In this document: one piece after another, positions 13,922-26,073 of the stretch
Position numbering within the stretch: the first letter of the stretch is position 1
Layout of the letters: every line of letters begins with the position of its first letter
Origin: Raillietiella orientalis
Lineage: Eukaryota
Direction of reading: 5' to 3'
Assembly: GCA_036172245.1 (NCBI GenBank)
Contig: JAYWIR010000037.1
Location: 372,001-436,000, forward strand
DNA length: 64,000 nucleotides
Program-made: the position numbers and the translations under genes
Notes under the pieces: model-generated
What the model was told of the DNA's origin: nothing
The model's input: only the letters and a program-made list of their open reading frames with translations
Database searches by the model: none

Positions 13922-16442
13922 ATGCCCATTTCAAAAAGAGTTGTTGAACCGATTTATGTCTCAAGAAGTGTCATACCTAAGGAACTAAAGTTTGAGAATG
14001 AATTACAAGCAGTTAACAATGGAACCCTTTCAAATGTTATACGCCAACTAGCAAGTCTTAGCAAACATTCAGAAGATTTGTTTTCAGAACTTACTCATGA
14101 AGCAGAAAAGAATTATCAGAGAATTATACTTCTGCAAGAGAGAATAGACAGGGTTTCCAGGAAAGTAACCAAGTTAAACAGTACATATGAAGAAGGTAAG
14201 TAGTTCCATGTTTTTATTGTTGATGTGAAGTTAAATGCTCGAGTTTAGAGTTCAGTGTACTTTCAACATACAAGGTGTTAAATATGTTAAATGGAGAGAA
14301 AAAGGTAAAGCAAAAAGGTGCAGTTAGTTTCATGTGCAAGCTATAAAACAGAAAATCAATGAGTTGAAGTTTTTTGTATAATGTAAACCTAAGATAAAAT
14401 ATAATGGTTTACCTTCTGTAGAGAATCTCTCATCTATTTCTGGTTGTTAAGTGTTTTTAATCCTTATCGAGATCATGTTTATTTTACATGTAAGTTGTTT
14501 TTGGCAAGCACCATGATTGTTGGGAGCAATTTTTTAATATTGTGCAAAGAATTGTGACCAGAAGTTATTCCATGGTCTTTTGATTGCAATCAATTCTAAC
14601 ATTTGCAGTTTCTCATAAAGACATCTTGAAGAAGAAACCATTCAAAAGCAGTGATACATTTGATCAGCAAGTAATTAGCAGGTTAACCATGCCTACTGCA
14701 ATGGCTGAACAGTACCTTCTTTGTGATAAACCACCTTCATTAGATTTACTCAATCGTTACAGGTAAAGCATTGGGTTATATGAGCTTTTACCATTGCTAG
14801 CCATTTACCTTTTACCATTTCAGAGATGATGGGAAGGATGGACTTAAATTTTACACAGATCCTAACTATTTTTTTGATCGTTGGAGACAGCAAATGGATC
14901 GAGAAAAACATCTACATGATATCAATAAGAAGGTGAGTAAAAGTGTATGTATGTAATAAGAGACCATGATGGCTAGTCTTGTCTTATTTGTTATGTATTC
15001 CCCTATAGCATTTCTGTGTGGGCGAGACAGGGGAGTTGGAGGCAAGTTTGGTGTGTCTTTAGTTTTCTGCATGTTTTCTGCTGATGCAGGGCTCAATTGT
15101 TTGTTTATTCTTAATCTGCGATTTTTGAGTAATCCCTACTCAGTTTTGTCTATATTTCTATTTGCTTCGATATTTAGTATCAGACTTCTTGCCATTGGAT
15201 TATTACGTTATGCTTTGTAGGTAAACAAACCTCGGCCTGAGGGAACTGGGATGCATAAAAAGAAAATTCATGCACAGCATGAAAAACAAGGAAGAATGGC
15301 ATCCCCAGAGGAATACATGTGTGGACAGCCTACTTTTCCACACTCTTATGTGGATTTGTACCAGCAGGCCAGTTACATCTTTATGTATTTTTGAAAATCC
15401 AACAATGATTCCACAGGATAGGAATGTTCCTTTTGAAACTGATAACATGGACATGAAAAGTCACTATTCTCATAATGGCATTAGTGTCAATTCATCTCAC
15501 AGGACTCTTTCTTACAGAGCTGCATACAGTGAATATAATGAACAAACTATTCATCATTCTGAAGGAATTAATCATGTGAATTCCTTACATTCTCCTAGTC
15601 GGACACTATCCCGTGTCACTCACCGCCCCTCACAGCCTCCTCCTGCTCCTCCTCTTGCAAGTTTAGGATACTCTGCAAGTAACATATCTGCCTGTAGTTC
15701 TCCAGCTTCCTCTACAGGAAGCCATACTCCAACTCGAGTAGCTTGGACAAGCAGTCTTGGTCGTGATAGCCTCCCACCTCCACCACCCCCTCCCATTGAC
15801 AGTCCCCTCATCAATGGACTGAGTGATCAGTTAGTAATAGAAACTTCTCTGACTAGGTAGGTGTTGTTGTTGTTTTCATCCTTTGAAATTATTTATTACA
15901 GCCAATATGGAAATGACCATGTGAATTCAGTTGCTGGAGAGCAGGATATTAATGATCTGCCTCCTCCACCACCAACTCCTATTGTTTTCAAAGAGGAGAG
16001 TGTGAAATTGAATACACAGAACTTGGAAAATGTTCCACCTCCTCCACCTCTACCTCTTCCTTCTTTAATTAAAGAAAAAAATTCACCTCGAAGCCAAGGT
16101 CTTGATTATGGAATTAGTGAGTTTTTTGATCACAGTTACAGTCAATAATAAAATTGCTCCCCAGAACAAGCCAATCTTGAACAGGTTCCCAAAGATTTGA
16201 AAAAGCCACTGAAAAATATGGATCAGTTAGATGCACGTAGTGATCTTTTGAAAGCCATTCGAGATGGAATAAAATTACGGAAAGTAGAAAATACCAAAGC
16301 CAAAGAAGTACAATGCAAGCAGCCTCTTCAGGATGTGGCTTCCATTTTGGCAAGACGAGTGGCTATGGAGTTTTCTGATTCTGAATCAGATTCAGAAAGT
16401 GAGGAAGAAAATGAAGGATGGGATGAAGAGTTCAGTACATGA
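13922..16442 (+). CDS. SCAR: Wiskott-Aldrich syndrome protein family member (WAVE/SCAR), ~530 aa
   Basis: Exons 13922-14195, 14609-14762, 14824-14932, 15221-15318, 15365-15829, 15902-16116, 16165-16442. WAVE homology domain [10 protein letters not shown]...[29 protein letters not shown]...[16 protein letters not shown], polyproline tracts, WH2 [19 protein letters not shown], central DVASILARR and acidic tail with W. Confidence 0.96.
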
Positions 16443-16786
16443 ATGACAATTGTCTCACTCACAAGAAGCATTTTTGTTTCTCAAGTGTCAAAAAATATTG
16501 ATATTCCCAAACAAATAAATTATTTTGTTTATGACTAGAAAAAACTCAAATATTTCATTTAGACAAATTCAATAACTTAGTGGTGGCAGGGTGCATTATC
16601 CCTAAATGGTGTCATTACCACCATTATTTCATGATTTTAGCTGCGAATTTAAGTTCCAAAGCAACTTATTAAAATTCCTTTTGTTTTCTTAATGCTAATA
16701 TTTTTGCACATTGAAGTTTTACAGCATGAGAATCAAATGATCCTTGGGTTCAAAAATATATATTTTTGAACTGTTGATTGGAAGCC

Positions 16787-17366
16787 ATGGATGTGGAATC
16801 AGCTGAATGCAATACATCTACTAATGTAAATTTCTGTTAGTGATATATAGCAAACATTATTTGAATTCCAGTTTCCTACAACTCTGCCCCCTGAACTCCT
16901 GCAAAATGTACAGAATAAGCTTGCATCTCTAAAGCAGCCCCCAAAATCGAAAAAGTCGTTTATGAAATACGACAAAAAAGCAGGTTAGAATGCATAATGG
17001 TACTTATTATGAATAATGACGAGTTACCCTACAGGTTCTAGAAAACGAAAAAATTCTGTAAACACGAAGCAAGTTGAATGCAGTTTTGACTACATTCCAT
17101 TTCAATGGTAAGATATAAGACATTGTTGTCATGTGATTCGTGTAAATGATTCAGCAACACCAAAATGCCTTTCCGTGTTCGTTCCCTAAAACAGCCTGGC
17201 CCTGTATCTTCTAATGCTTTACAGTTTAAATCAACACTCTGGTTTGGGCCAAGAATTTCCAGAGAACCAGGTGAAAAATAAAAAATCTTAATATTTCACC
17301 CAAATTTCTTTCTTTGCAGTTGGCATGCTACAATCACAAAGAGAAAAACTGCAACAAATTTCATAA
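16787..17366 (+). CDS. Small basic 128-aa protein, putative NOL7/Utp16-like nucleolar protein
   Basis: Strong Kozak GCCATGG. Five phase-consistent exons 16787-16825, 16872-16983, 17035-17107, 17155-17270, 17320-17366 (387 nt). Protein MDVESAECNTSTNFPTTLPPELLQNVQNKLASLKQPPKSKK...FRVRSLKQPGPVSSNALQFKSTLWFGPRISREPVGMLQSQREKLQQIS. LPxELL and AxxFxxxxxFGxRIxR resemble remembered NOL7 (NUC129) motifs. The gene is well supported; the family call is tentative. Confidence 0.7.
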
Positions 17367-17391
17367 ATCATCATGTGTCATCTTGTTGTTT

Positions 17392-19275
17392 TTATTTGTC
17401 TGGGCAGTCAACTTGTTGAGAAGGATGAGCTTGTTTAAAAACAGGCAAAGCTTCCAGAGTTTTTTGCAGTCTCTCAATAATTGGGAAAGGTTTAAGGCTT
17501 ACATTGAATCTAACATAAAAGGTTACTAAAAAGTTTTTTTTATGGATTTACAAACCTGTGTGCATTGTATGCTTGTGGCACTAGACAACAGTCAGCAAGG
17601 GTTAATTGGTCCCCAACAGAATACTGGCCAGCACAATTTGCTAAAAGCTTTTCAAGTGCTTCATAACATTGAGAGTATTAATCGTACTGTGAGCACTGTT
17701 GGTACTACCTTCAAAACCCTTATGGATCCATTTTTGTGCCCAAGGTGCTCTTTTATCTTCATCCAAGGACATTAAAACTTCCATATTTTGTAATGGCTGT
17801 ATACCAGAAGCAATTAATTCACATATTTCTCGTACCTATAACTATGCTTATTATTGTCAATTGAGACTGAATTTAACCTTTGCTCTCTCATAAACATCAT
17901 TTGGAAGTAATGCAGGAAAAGGCCACTTTTCTTCTATAAACTCCAAAATGCTAATCTGAAACCATAAGGGTTTTGAAGTATATTTTGTGTCAACATACTG
18001 ATTGAGTGAGGATTTTATCATCCACTGCTAATGCAGGCACTTGTTTCCTAGGATTAATAGCCTGATATTCAGAAGTATTCTAGAATAACAAGGTTCATTG
18101 AATCATCAGTTTACTAAAAATGTTTCAATACTTGCTGTCCTCCATCTTTGATTAAGTTGATGACGGTTGTTTCAAACTGAACTCCCTTCAAACCTAATGC
18201 TTAAAAAGTAGATAGAGTGAAAATTTTAATGAAACTGATGAGCTTGGTTGGACCTCCAAATAAAAGGGGACAACAAAACAAGTCTAAACATAAGCAATAA
18301 AAGTATGCGCAGTCTAAACAGGTAAGTGCACACATATTTAGTAATATGAACTAGAAAATTTGAATTAGAAAATCATGATTTCAATTCCATTTTTTAAATA
18401 ATCTTTTTACATTATGCTATGCCTCTATCATAAAAAAAAACGGCACACAGAATCTTTGATTATTGTGAACTGCAAATATTTACCTAATCTCACTCTCCAT
18501 GCACATGAGCTTCGATAGTATGAATATAAGACCACCTAAAAGTACAACATGAATAGTATGTGTCTGTATAAAAAACATCATCTATTCACACACTACTCCA
18601 GAAAGCTATAAATGTTGCAGTATGATTTCTGCTACATAAGTTAAGAGATTCTGTCGTGCAAGTTAGCTTTCAGTAACAAATTTCCATAAATAAAAATGGA
18701 GATCTGTTCTGGCCGATTGATGTTAATATGAAAGTCATTCCAATTATTAACTCCAATCGTACAACGTCCATCTGCTGGAAGCTGCCATAATAGTTCTTGT
18801 GATTTCTGCTGATAAAAAACATTCTCCGATGCGTACGTAAGCAATTTTTTTGCATTCAAGCATTATAAAAAAAATATGCAAACAATTTTGTATATTTAGT
18901 TATGACCTTTTGGACGATGTTATGATATAACTGATATAAACCTCGCATTCACACATGGAAACTACGATGGCTAATCAAAATAAAAATGCGGTAATACATT
19001 TCTGGACTACTTTCAAAATTTATTACTGCACAGTTATCTTACATAAACCATACAATTTTTTTTTTTTTTACTTTCTGAGAATTCAAAAGCCAACAGTATC
19101 AATGTGATTTTAAATACTACAATGACATATAAGTACAGAAGTGAGCAGAATCTATCTTTCAACACAAACAACGTATTAAATCCTAGTAATGGAGTGATCT
19201 GTTTTAAGGGAGAATTAAGACGAAAAAAAACGAAAATTATCCTCAAATGAGGAGCCTTACTTTAGAGGATGACAT
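17392..19275 (-). CDS. GSTZ1: Glutathione S-transferase zeta / maleylacetoacetate isomerase, 213 aa
   Basis: Eight exons 19275-19261, 18535-18484, 18199-18132, 18079-17999, 17955-17878, 17835-17709, 17658-17556, 17509-17392 (642 nt). Diagnostic LYSYYRSSCAWRVRLAL, NPRKQVPAL, LTQS, IASGIQPLQN, VGDQLTLADCCLVPQ and AHPSQQVDCP. Confidence 0.97.
18612..18815 (-). repeat. Dispersed repeat copy 1 (MULE-transposase-like remnant) in GSTZ1 intron 1
   Basis: Shares blocks such as atgatttctgct, gtaacaaatttcca, tggagatctgttct and ctgccataatagtt with 24598-24775 in the same orientation. Minus-strand GVNNWNDFHININRP..LWKFV weakly resembles MULE TNNxxExWH...HPxxWxF. Confidence 0.6.
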
Positions 19276-19442
19276 GGTTCCGAATCACGAGCACGGCAGA
19301 ATGACGCACTTGCTAGGTTTTTCGGAAACCTGCAAACTTGACCCTTGGCTATGTATTTGCTGGTCAAGCGGAACATCCGGTATGAGGATGTTCTAAATTC
19401 TTTTAAGCTTCAGAGGAATTACTTGCTATAAATTGATTAATA
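19276..19442. promoter_or_regulatory. Putative bidirectional promoter shared by GSTZ1 and POMT2
   Basis: 167 bp between divergent ATGs. CpG-containing relative to the CpG-poor gene bodies, with two adjacent inverted repeats (cttgacc..ggtcaag 19337-19368; gaacatcc..ggatgttc 19371-19393). Confidence 0.75.
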
Positions 19443-22400
19443 ATGTGTACGAAGCGGTGCAGTTCAAAGGAAAGCAATGTGCTGCCGGAGTTACAGTAAG
19501 CGTTTTTTGCATACTAATTTTGTGGGATGTAGGCCACAAGAATTTGAGGAATTTAAGGGCAGTTAGCATAGATGCTTCCCCATAAGTTATTTTCGGTCTG
19601 ACTTTATTGCTACACTAATCAGTTTTGATACAAGATTGTGAAAGTTTGCATTTATTCATTACATTTTTGATATTGAATTGCTGATCTTTATGAAATTAGA
19701 ACCCCAGAAAATTATTCAACATGGTGGCTTTTATTTTTGGTATTTTGGATTTTGGGAGCAGTTTCAAGGTATTATAAACTGGATCAACCAGCTCATGTGT
19801 GGTAAGAATTTGTGTTTTTCTATCATGAAAATGAAATTGGAAACTTGCAAATGATTTTTTAACAGCTGTGAGGCAATTGCTTGACTTGTAAGAAGCATTT
19901 ATACAGAGGAAAAACAGCAAAGAAAGAATTGCCCTCACATGTTTAACTTGGTGTGTAAAATCTGTTTAAAAACTCTATGGTTCAAGGTATAGGGTGGGTT
20001 TTGACATATATTTTTTGTTTACAGTTGGGATGAAACACACTTTGGAAAAATGGCCAGTTGGTACATAAACCACACATTTTTCTTTGATGTACATCCTCCT
20101 TTAGGAAAGGTTAGCTAATCGCAAGTTTAAAAATTCATTTGATCATTATTAATTTTATGAATGTGAATGATTAGCTATCTTAAGCACTTTCTTTGTAGAT
20201 GTTAATTGCTCTGTCAGGAAAATTATGTGGTTATAATGGTAGTTTCCCATTCACCAAACCTGGAGAAAAATATGAGGACACGAATTTTTTGGGAATGCGC
20301 CTGGTAAGGTTTTCATAGATATGTGTAGAGGTCATTTTATGTGTACTTTCAGTTTTGTGCTACATGTGGAGTTTGCCTAGTTCCTTTTTGCTACATGATT
20401 GTGTGGGAACTCACAAAATCTCTTACAGCTGCTTCACTTAGTGCATTGCTGGTGGTTTGTGGTAGGCTACAATGAAGAAGATGTAATACTTTTTTATTTG
20501 TAGAAATAGGAACTATCACCCTGTCTCAATATATACTTTTGGATCCAATTCTTCTGTTTTTCATTTTTGCATCTGCAACGTGTGCTTTCAAAGTAAGATC
20601 GCATTTTTGCAGGTAAATCTATAAGTACATAATTGGATGATCGTATTGCTGTGAAGATCTTTTAGTTTTATTTGGTGGTTATGGTTAATGCTTGAAGGTG
20701 TGTGCTTAGCAGGTGCTATAGGAGTAAAATTTGTTGGCATTTTCATTGTTTGCTATGGTGGTGTAATAGCCCTTATTGATTTATGGGATATCTGGGGAGA
20801 TGTGTCTCATCCATTGGTAAGTTTATATAAGCAGGTTCTATTGCCAATGCTCTGGAAGACATATTTTGCCAAGCACTTTGGGGCACGTGTGGTGTGTTTG
20901 TTGATCCTGCCAGTTTTGCTCTATTTGCTTGCTTTTGCCATACATTTGGCTATACTAAACCAGTCGTAAGTATTTTGCCTATGACTACCAAAAGATCATT
21001 TGTTTTTAGTGGAAATGGTGATGGGCATTTCAGTTCTGCTTTTCAAGCTAGACTAGAAAATAATTTTCTTCATGGTGCCAGTATGCCATATGGTAAATAA
21101 AGGTGATCCTGACACGAATAATGAAAAACTGTATTAGAAGTTGCATATGGCTCAGTAATTACTTTAAAGAATTGGCGTTCAGGTGGAGGATACTTGCATT
21201 CTCATCTTCATTTGTATCCATCAAACGTAGGTGCACGCCAACAGCAGATTACAGCATATTTTCATAAAGATGAAAACAACAGGTTTCTATTGAAAGTAAG
21301 TTTGTTGAATCTTAAATTCTTCAGTGTTTAAATATGATGTTAGCCATACAATCGGGATGTGCATCCTGATGATCCAGTTACTCTGATCCATAATGGAGAT
21401 TTAGTGAGATTGGAACATGTCCCAACCAGGCGCAATTTACATTCACATAGGGAAAAGGCTCCTATGACCAAACGTCATTATCAAGTTACTGGATACGGGG
21501 AGGTGAGATTTAATGGGAAACATTTCGGAAGTGTTGTTAAAGAATGGTACTGGAGATGCTAATGATGTTTGGAAAGTGGACATTGTTGGAGGCAAAGAAG
21601 GTCAAGTACTGACTACTATGACTAGTCAGTTGCGTTTAATACATTACTTGTTGGGATGTGCTCTTTATTCTCATAATCAACAGCTCCCTAAATGGTGAGC
21701 TGATTTGAGAGAAAATCTCATTTTCACATCTCATGTAGGGGCTGGGAACAATTAGAAGTGACTTGCAATCCTAACATTCATGGTGCCAACACTATCTGGA
21801 ATATTGAAGAAAACCATTTCTCAAAGTGTAAGTAGTTGCTTTTGAGATATGCTGTTATTTCTTAGACAGTGCCTAATGTCAGCTTGCGAGAACATGCTTC
21901 TGGATTTCTAGATGCATTTCTTGAATCTCACATTGTAATGATACAGAGCAATGCAGGCCTCAAACCTAAAGAAGGAGAACTAACTTCTAGACCATGGCAC
22001 TGGCCACTGGATTTGAAGGTATTGCATCTGATACTACCAATTTATTATCTGCTTCCAGGGGCAGTTTTTCTCTTTGTCACCTTTTCTCGTTTACATGCTT
22101 GGCAATCCTATCATCTTCTGGGGTAACCTGCTGTGTTTGGTTCTTTTCTGTGGAACTTATCTCTGCTTGGCAGTGCGACTTCAGCGTTATTCTACCACTT
22201 CACTAGCTGCTATTGTTACAGGTAAGGCATCAGTGTGCTTTCTTATCACATTATTTTTTTAGAAAGTAGCCACCAGATTTTGAGAGGAGGTGGCTGGATT
22301 TTTCTGGGATGGTTATTTCATTATTTGCCTTTTTGGTTTATGACAAGAATTCTTTATTTTCACCATTACTTCCCAGCAGCTATCTTCAGTTGTATGCTGA

Positions 22401-22676
22401 CTGGGATCCTGTTAGATTACTTTCTAAAAATATTAACTGTTCACTTGCCAGATTTCTTTGCCACATATGTTTATCATTGTATCTTGGGAGCCATCATTTA
22501 TACTGTTATTTACAGGTTTGTTTGTTTTATAAATTATTCTGTTAACATAACAAGTGTAAAATTATTTTAGTTTTTATTTGTTTTCTCCATTAACTTATGG
22601 CATCACAAGTCCTAATACCACTGATCCAAATAGTCCTTTACATCACATCAAATGGTGGGATACATGGGAATTTTGA
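19443..22676 (+). CDS. POMT2: Protein O-mannosyltransferase 2 (twisted ortholog), ~17 exons
   Basis: Spliced motifs [68 protein letters not shown] domains (GGYLHSH, RRNLHSH), [26 protein letters not shown] and C-terminal KWWDTWEF*. The first exon 19443-19495 is less certain. Confidence 0.96.
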
Positions 22677-24597
22677 ACGGAAAAATAAGCCACTGTGAGA
22701 AAGTGCAGTTTTAAAGGAACCAGTTGTTTTCCTAATTAGTTATTTTATTACAACCACAGTGGTGTAATGTAATTAAATGGGATTCTCAGGTCATTCCTAT
22801 ACTCAAGGTGAACATGGACATATGGACATATGTGTATTGTGAATACATGAAATGTAATTTATATCCTTTTGATAGAAAGTTTTGACATTTATAATTAATG
22901 GAATAAAACAGTACTCGCATTTGACTTGCAGTTGATTAAATCATGAAGTTTAGAAATTCCATTCTTTCAATGGAGTTCTTAGGAAGAGCAAGTTATAAAA
23001 TTGTTTATGGCAACATTTGTCACTTCACAGATTATTTAATTTCTTTTCTTTTGATTTTAGTGGTAAAATGCTCATCATGCTTAACAGTCTGAATTGGTCA
23101 TAGAAAATAAATTTTGTGTGATATTGTCACAAACCTTTATGCAAATTATCATACTTACTGTTTATAACACGTCGTGTTTGATGGACATATTGAATGCTGT
23201 GTGCTTGATTCTGCCTTTAATTGTATATGTGGATTCTTTTTAAGAATTTCGAACATAGACTGATGTATTTTCTGTAATTTTAATGCATCAAGATTTAACT
23301 AAGATCCATTACAAGAATACAATAGAAATAAGATTTTGCCATTTGTTATTCCTACAGTTGTTATTTTATTAATGATTTAGTCTTTTACCAAGGATTGAGT
23401 AGCTTATTGAGATTAGCATATATTGAAGATTTGAACATGTGGCATTGCAAATTAAGGTAATGAGATCTGTAACTGGATGGAAGTTTGGCATTCCTAATGG
23501 GAAAATGCATTGGAAATATGAAAGGCTGAAAGTGGATATGAGGACTGTGATAAAGCTGAATATTTCTTGTGGTCAAGAAATAATATTGGTTGACAGCTGA
23601 ACTATAGGGAGTGTGAAATTCAAGGAGATTGGATTAAAGGGATTGCTTTCACAGTAGTGGTAGTCCTAGGGCTATTTATTCTTGCAGAAACATGTGATAA
23701 GAAAGAGAGGGAACTAAATGAAAGGTGCTTCTTCATGGTACAAATTTGCATCTCACTAAGTTCATTAAATATTATGTTGTAATAGACCATTTTAATAGAA
23801 TTCAGAGTAAGTGGACCCAAGGTAATTGGTTATTTTTAATTCTGTTTTTGTTATTCAGTTTAAGTGCTCTGCGAAGTGAATTTATATTTAAAGAACATTT
23901 TTTTTTTTGCTCAATCGCAGCTGTTAGATTTCCCTTATTCTTTAACAGAAAAATTCATGGGATTATAATAATCTGACATAATCCTTCATTTTAAAAAGAT
24001 TCTTTGATTAGCAGTGTGAGAAAAATGTTTTCCAGTGAAATGAATCCTTTATTCTTAATTAAAAAATGAAATTTTTTTTTCTTTGTGATACTTTTTCTGA
24101 AAGTTGCTCGTGCATGGTTTCTTTTCACTCAGTTTGAACAAGCAAAAAAGGAACTTTAAGTAGATAAAAGGCAAAATGCGATTTGATTCGTAGTCATAAA
24201 ACTTGTATTCAGAAAATGGAAAAGAAAAGCAATGAAGACCAGGTAAGATTCCTTTATTTTTTCATTAATCTTCTCAGAAGTAATTCATGTTTCTTTAGAT
24301 GAAAAGGAACAAGGAGTAATTCATATTTCTTTAGATGATCAAGAGCATACTGTTGCAAATCTAACATTGTTAGTATTGATAATCTCTAGGTTACCAATAA
24401 GTAAATGTTCCCTGGATTTATCAGTCTGCAGATTGAGATTACGTTGTCATTCTGGTACTTGTTAACTTATTTGAAGAGGTGCCAATGAAGTATTCAAATC
24501 TCAGTTACTTAATTTATTGAAACAATATTTTAAATGTAAAGCATAACAGGTTGACAATTTTTTGCATTGTTCTAAATAGAAACGTGAAAGTATCTAT

Positions 24598-24775
24598 ACT
24601 TGTTGTAGCATGATTTCTGCTGTGCAATTTCGATTTCTGTAACAAATTTCCACACCTCAGCTGGAGATCTGTTCTAGTGGATTGATATCAACATGGGTCA
24701 TTCTGATTATTAGTTCCAATCATATGCATACTTTTACTGGAATCTGCCATAATAGTTTTTTTTGTGATTACCAGT
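24598..24775 (-). repeat. Dispersed repeat copy 2 (related to 18612-18815)
   Basis: Direct sequence similarity to the GSTZ1 intron 1 element. Confidence 0.6.
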
Positions 24776-26073
24776 GCCTATCGTATATGGTAATTATCAA
24801 ATGAATTACTCATTTACAAATTCATTTGTGACATTGTTTAATGAGTTTTCCTGAAAGTGCTGTTATGTAAATTAGGTGTATCACACATCCATGTGTCAGT
24901 CATGTTTCTCTCCTACTTCACTTCACTGGATAATTAATTGGAAATTTCCAAAATTGTTTTTGCCTAACTTTGTTTCTTGATTTTTTCCATTTTTCAATTT
25001 ATGTGTATTTATGTTCCCATTTAGTTGTTCATTTGTATTTCATGTTTTCCTAAATTCAAGTTTACCTTGTCAATCATATTCACATGTCTGTACCATGAGC
25101 ACACCAAATTTGATTTGAAAAGTGTTTTTCAGCCATTTCGAGTTCAGAGCTTCCTACCATGCATTTTTTATTTTTTTTCCCAAAGAGCTCTTTACTTTCT
25201 TTATGTCTAAGAGGATTTTTATGTTGCTTATAATTAATTTTTAAATTCATTTCCAATTAAATGTATCAAGACCTTTTTCATGTAAGTAAACATACATATT
25301 TTACTCCCATGAAGCTATAAGTTATTGAAGATCAATGCTGTAAATAATCAGACTCTTGTATGTGACAAATTGTTTGTAGGAAGTTTTTTTTTTTTAATGA
25401 TGATCATTGTTTCATATCTGTTAAGCAGGTAATTGGTTGCTTTATGCTATTAGTCTCATAGCTTTGATTAACTTGAAAAATACTTCGAATTTTCATCTCT
25501 GTTTTGCTACGATCCATTTTTTTTTTTTCCTACCAAGAGTTCTGCTCATCCATTTTTGTTTTACAATTTGATCCTCACTTAAAACTAACAACACAAGCTT
25601 TCTCACATGCTCCTTAAATAATCTAATAAATGTAATAACTTTTTTTAGATGATTACTATTAGTTCTTTGTCACCAGTTTATTGTTAAGTGAGGTTAGGTA
25701 ATGCCTAATAATGTGACGTCTCGTTTACGTGACAGCTGCAACAAAACGGTTTTAGAAGATTAGGGAGTGTATTATTTTTCTGTGTAAAATATATCTGTTA
25801 ACATCAGTTTCATAAATTGATCTATTATCTGATCGTTACTAATTCGATTTATCGTAAATAACTAAATCAGTTTAAAATACAAAAAGTCCAAGCACATTCA
25901 GGTTTGCCACAGTCGCATTTTTTGTATGTTTTTGACAAATGTTTTGAATAGTAAGCTAATTATCTATATAGTGGCTTTCTGGAAATGAATTCTCTCCTTA
26001 GGTACAGTTTCATTAAACAAAGAATACTGAATGGATAATTCTTGTTTTTTAATTTAGAAATTAGTTGTGTGTC

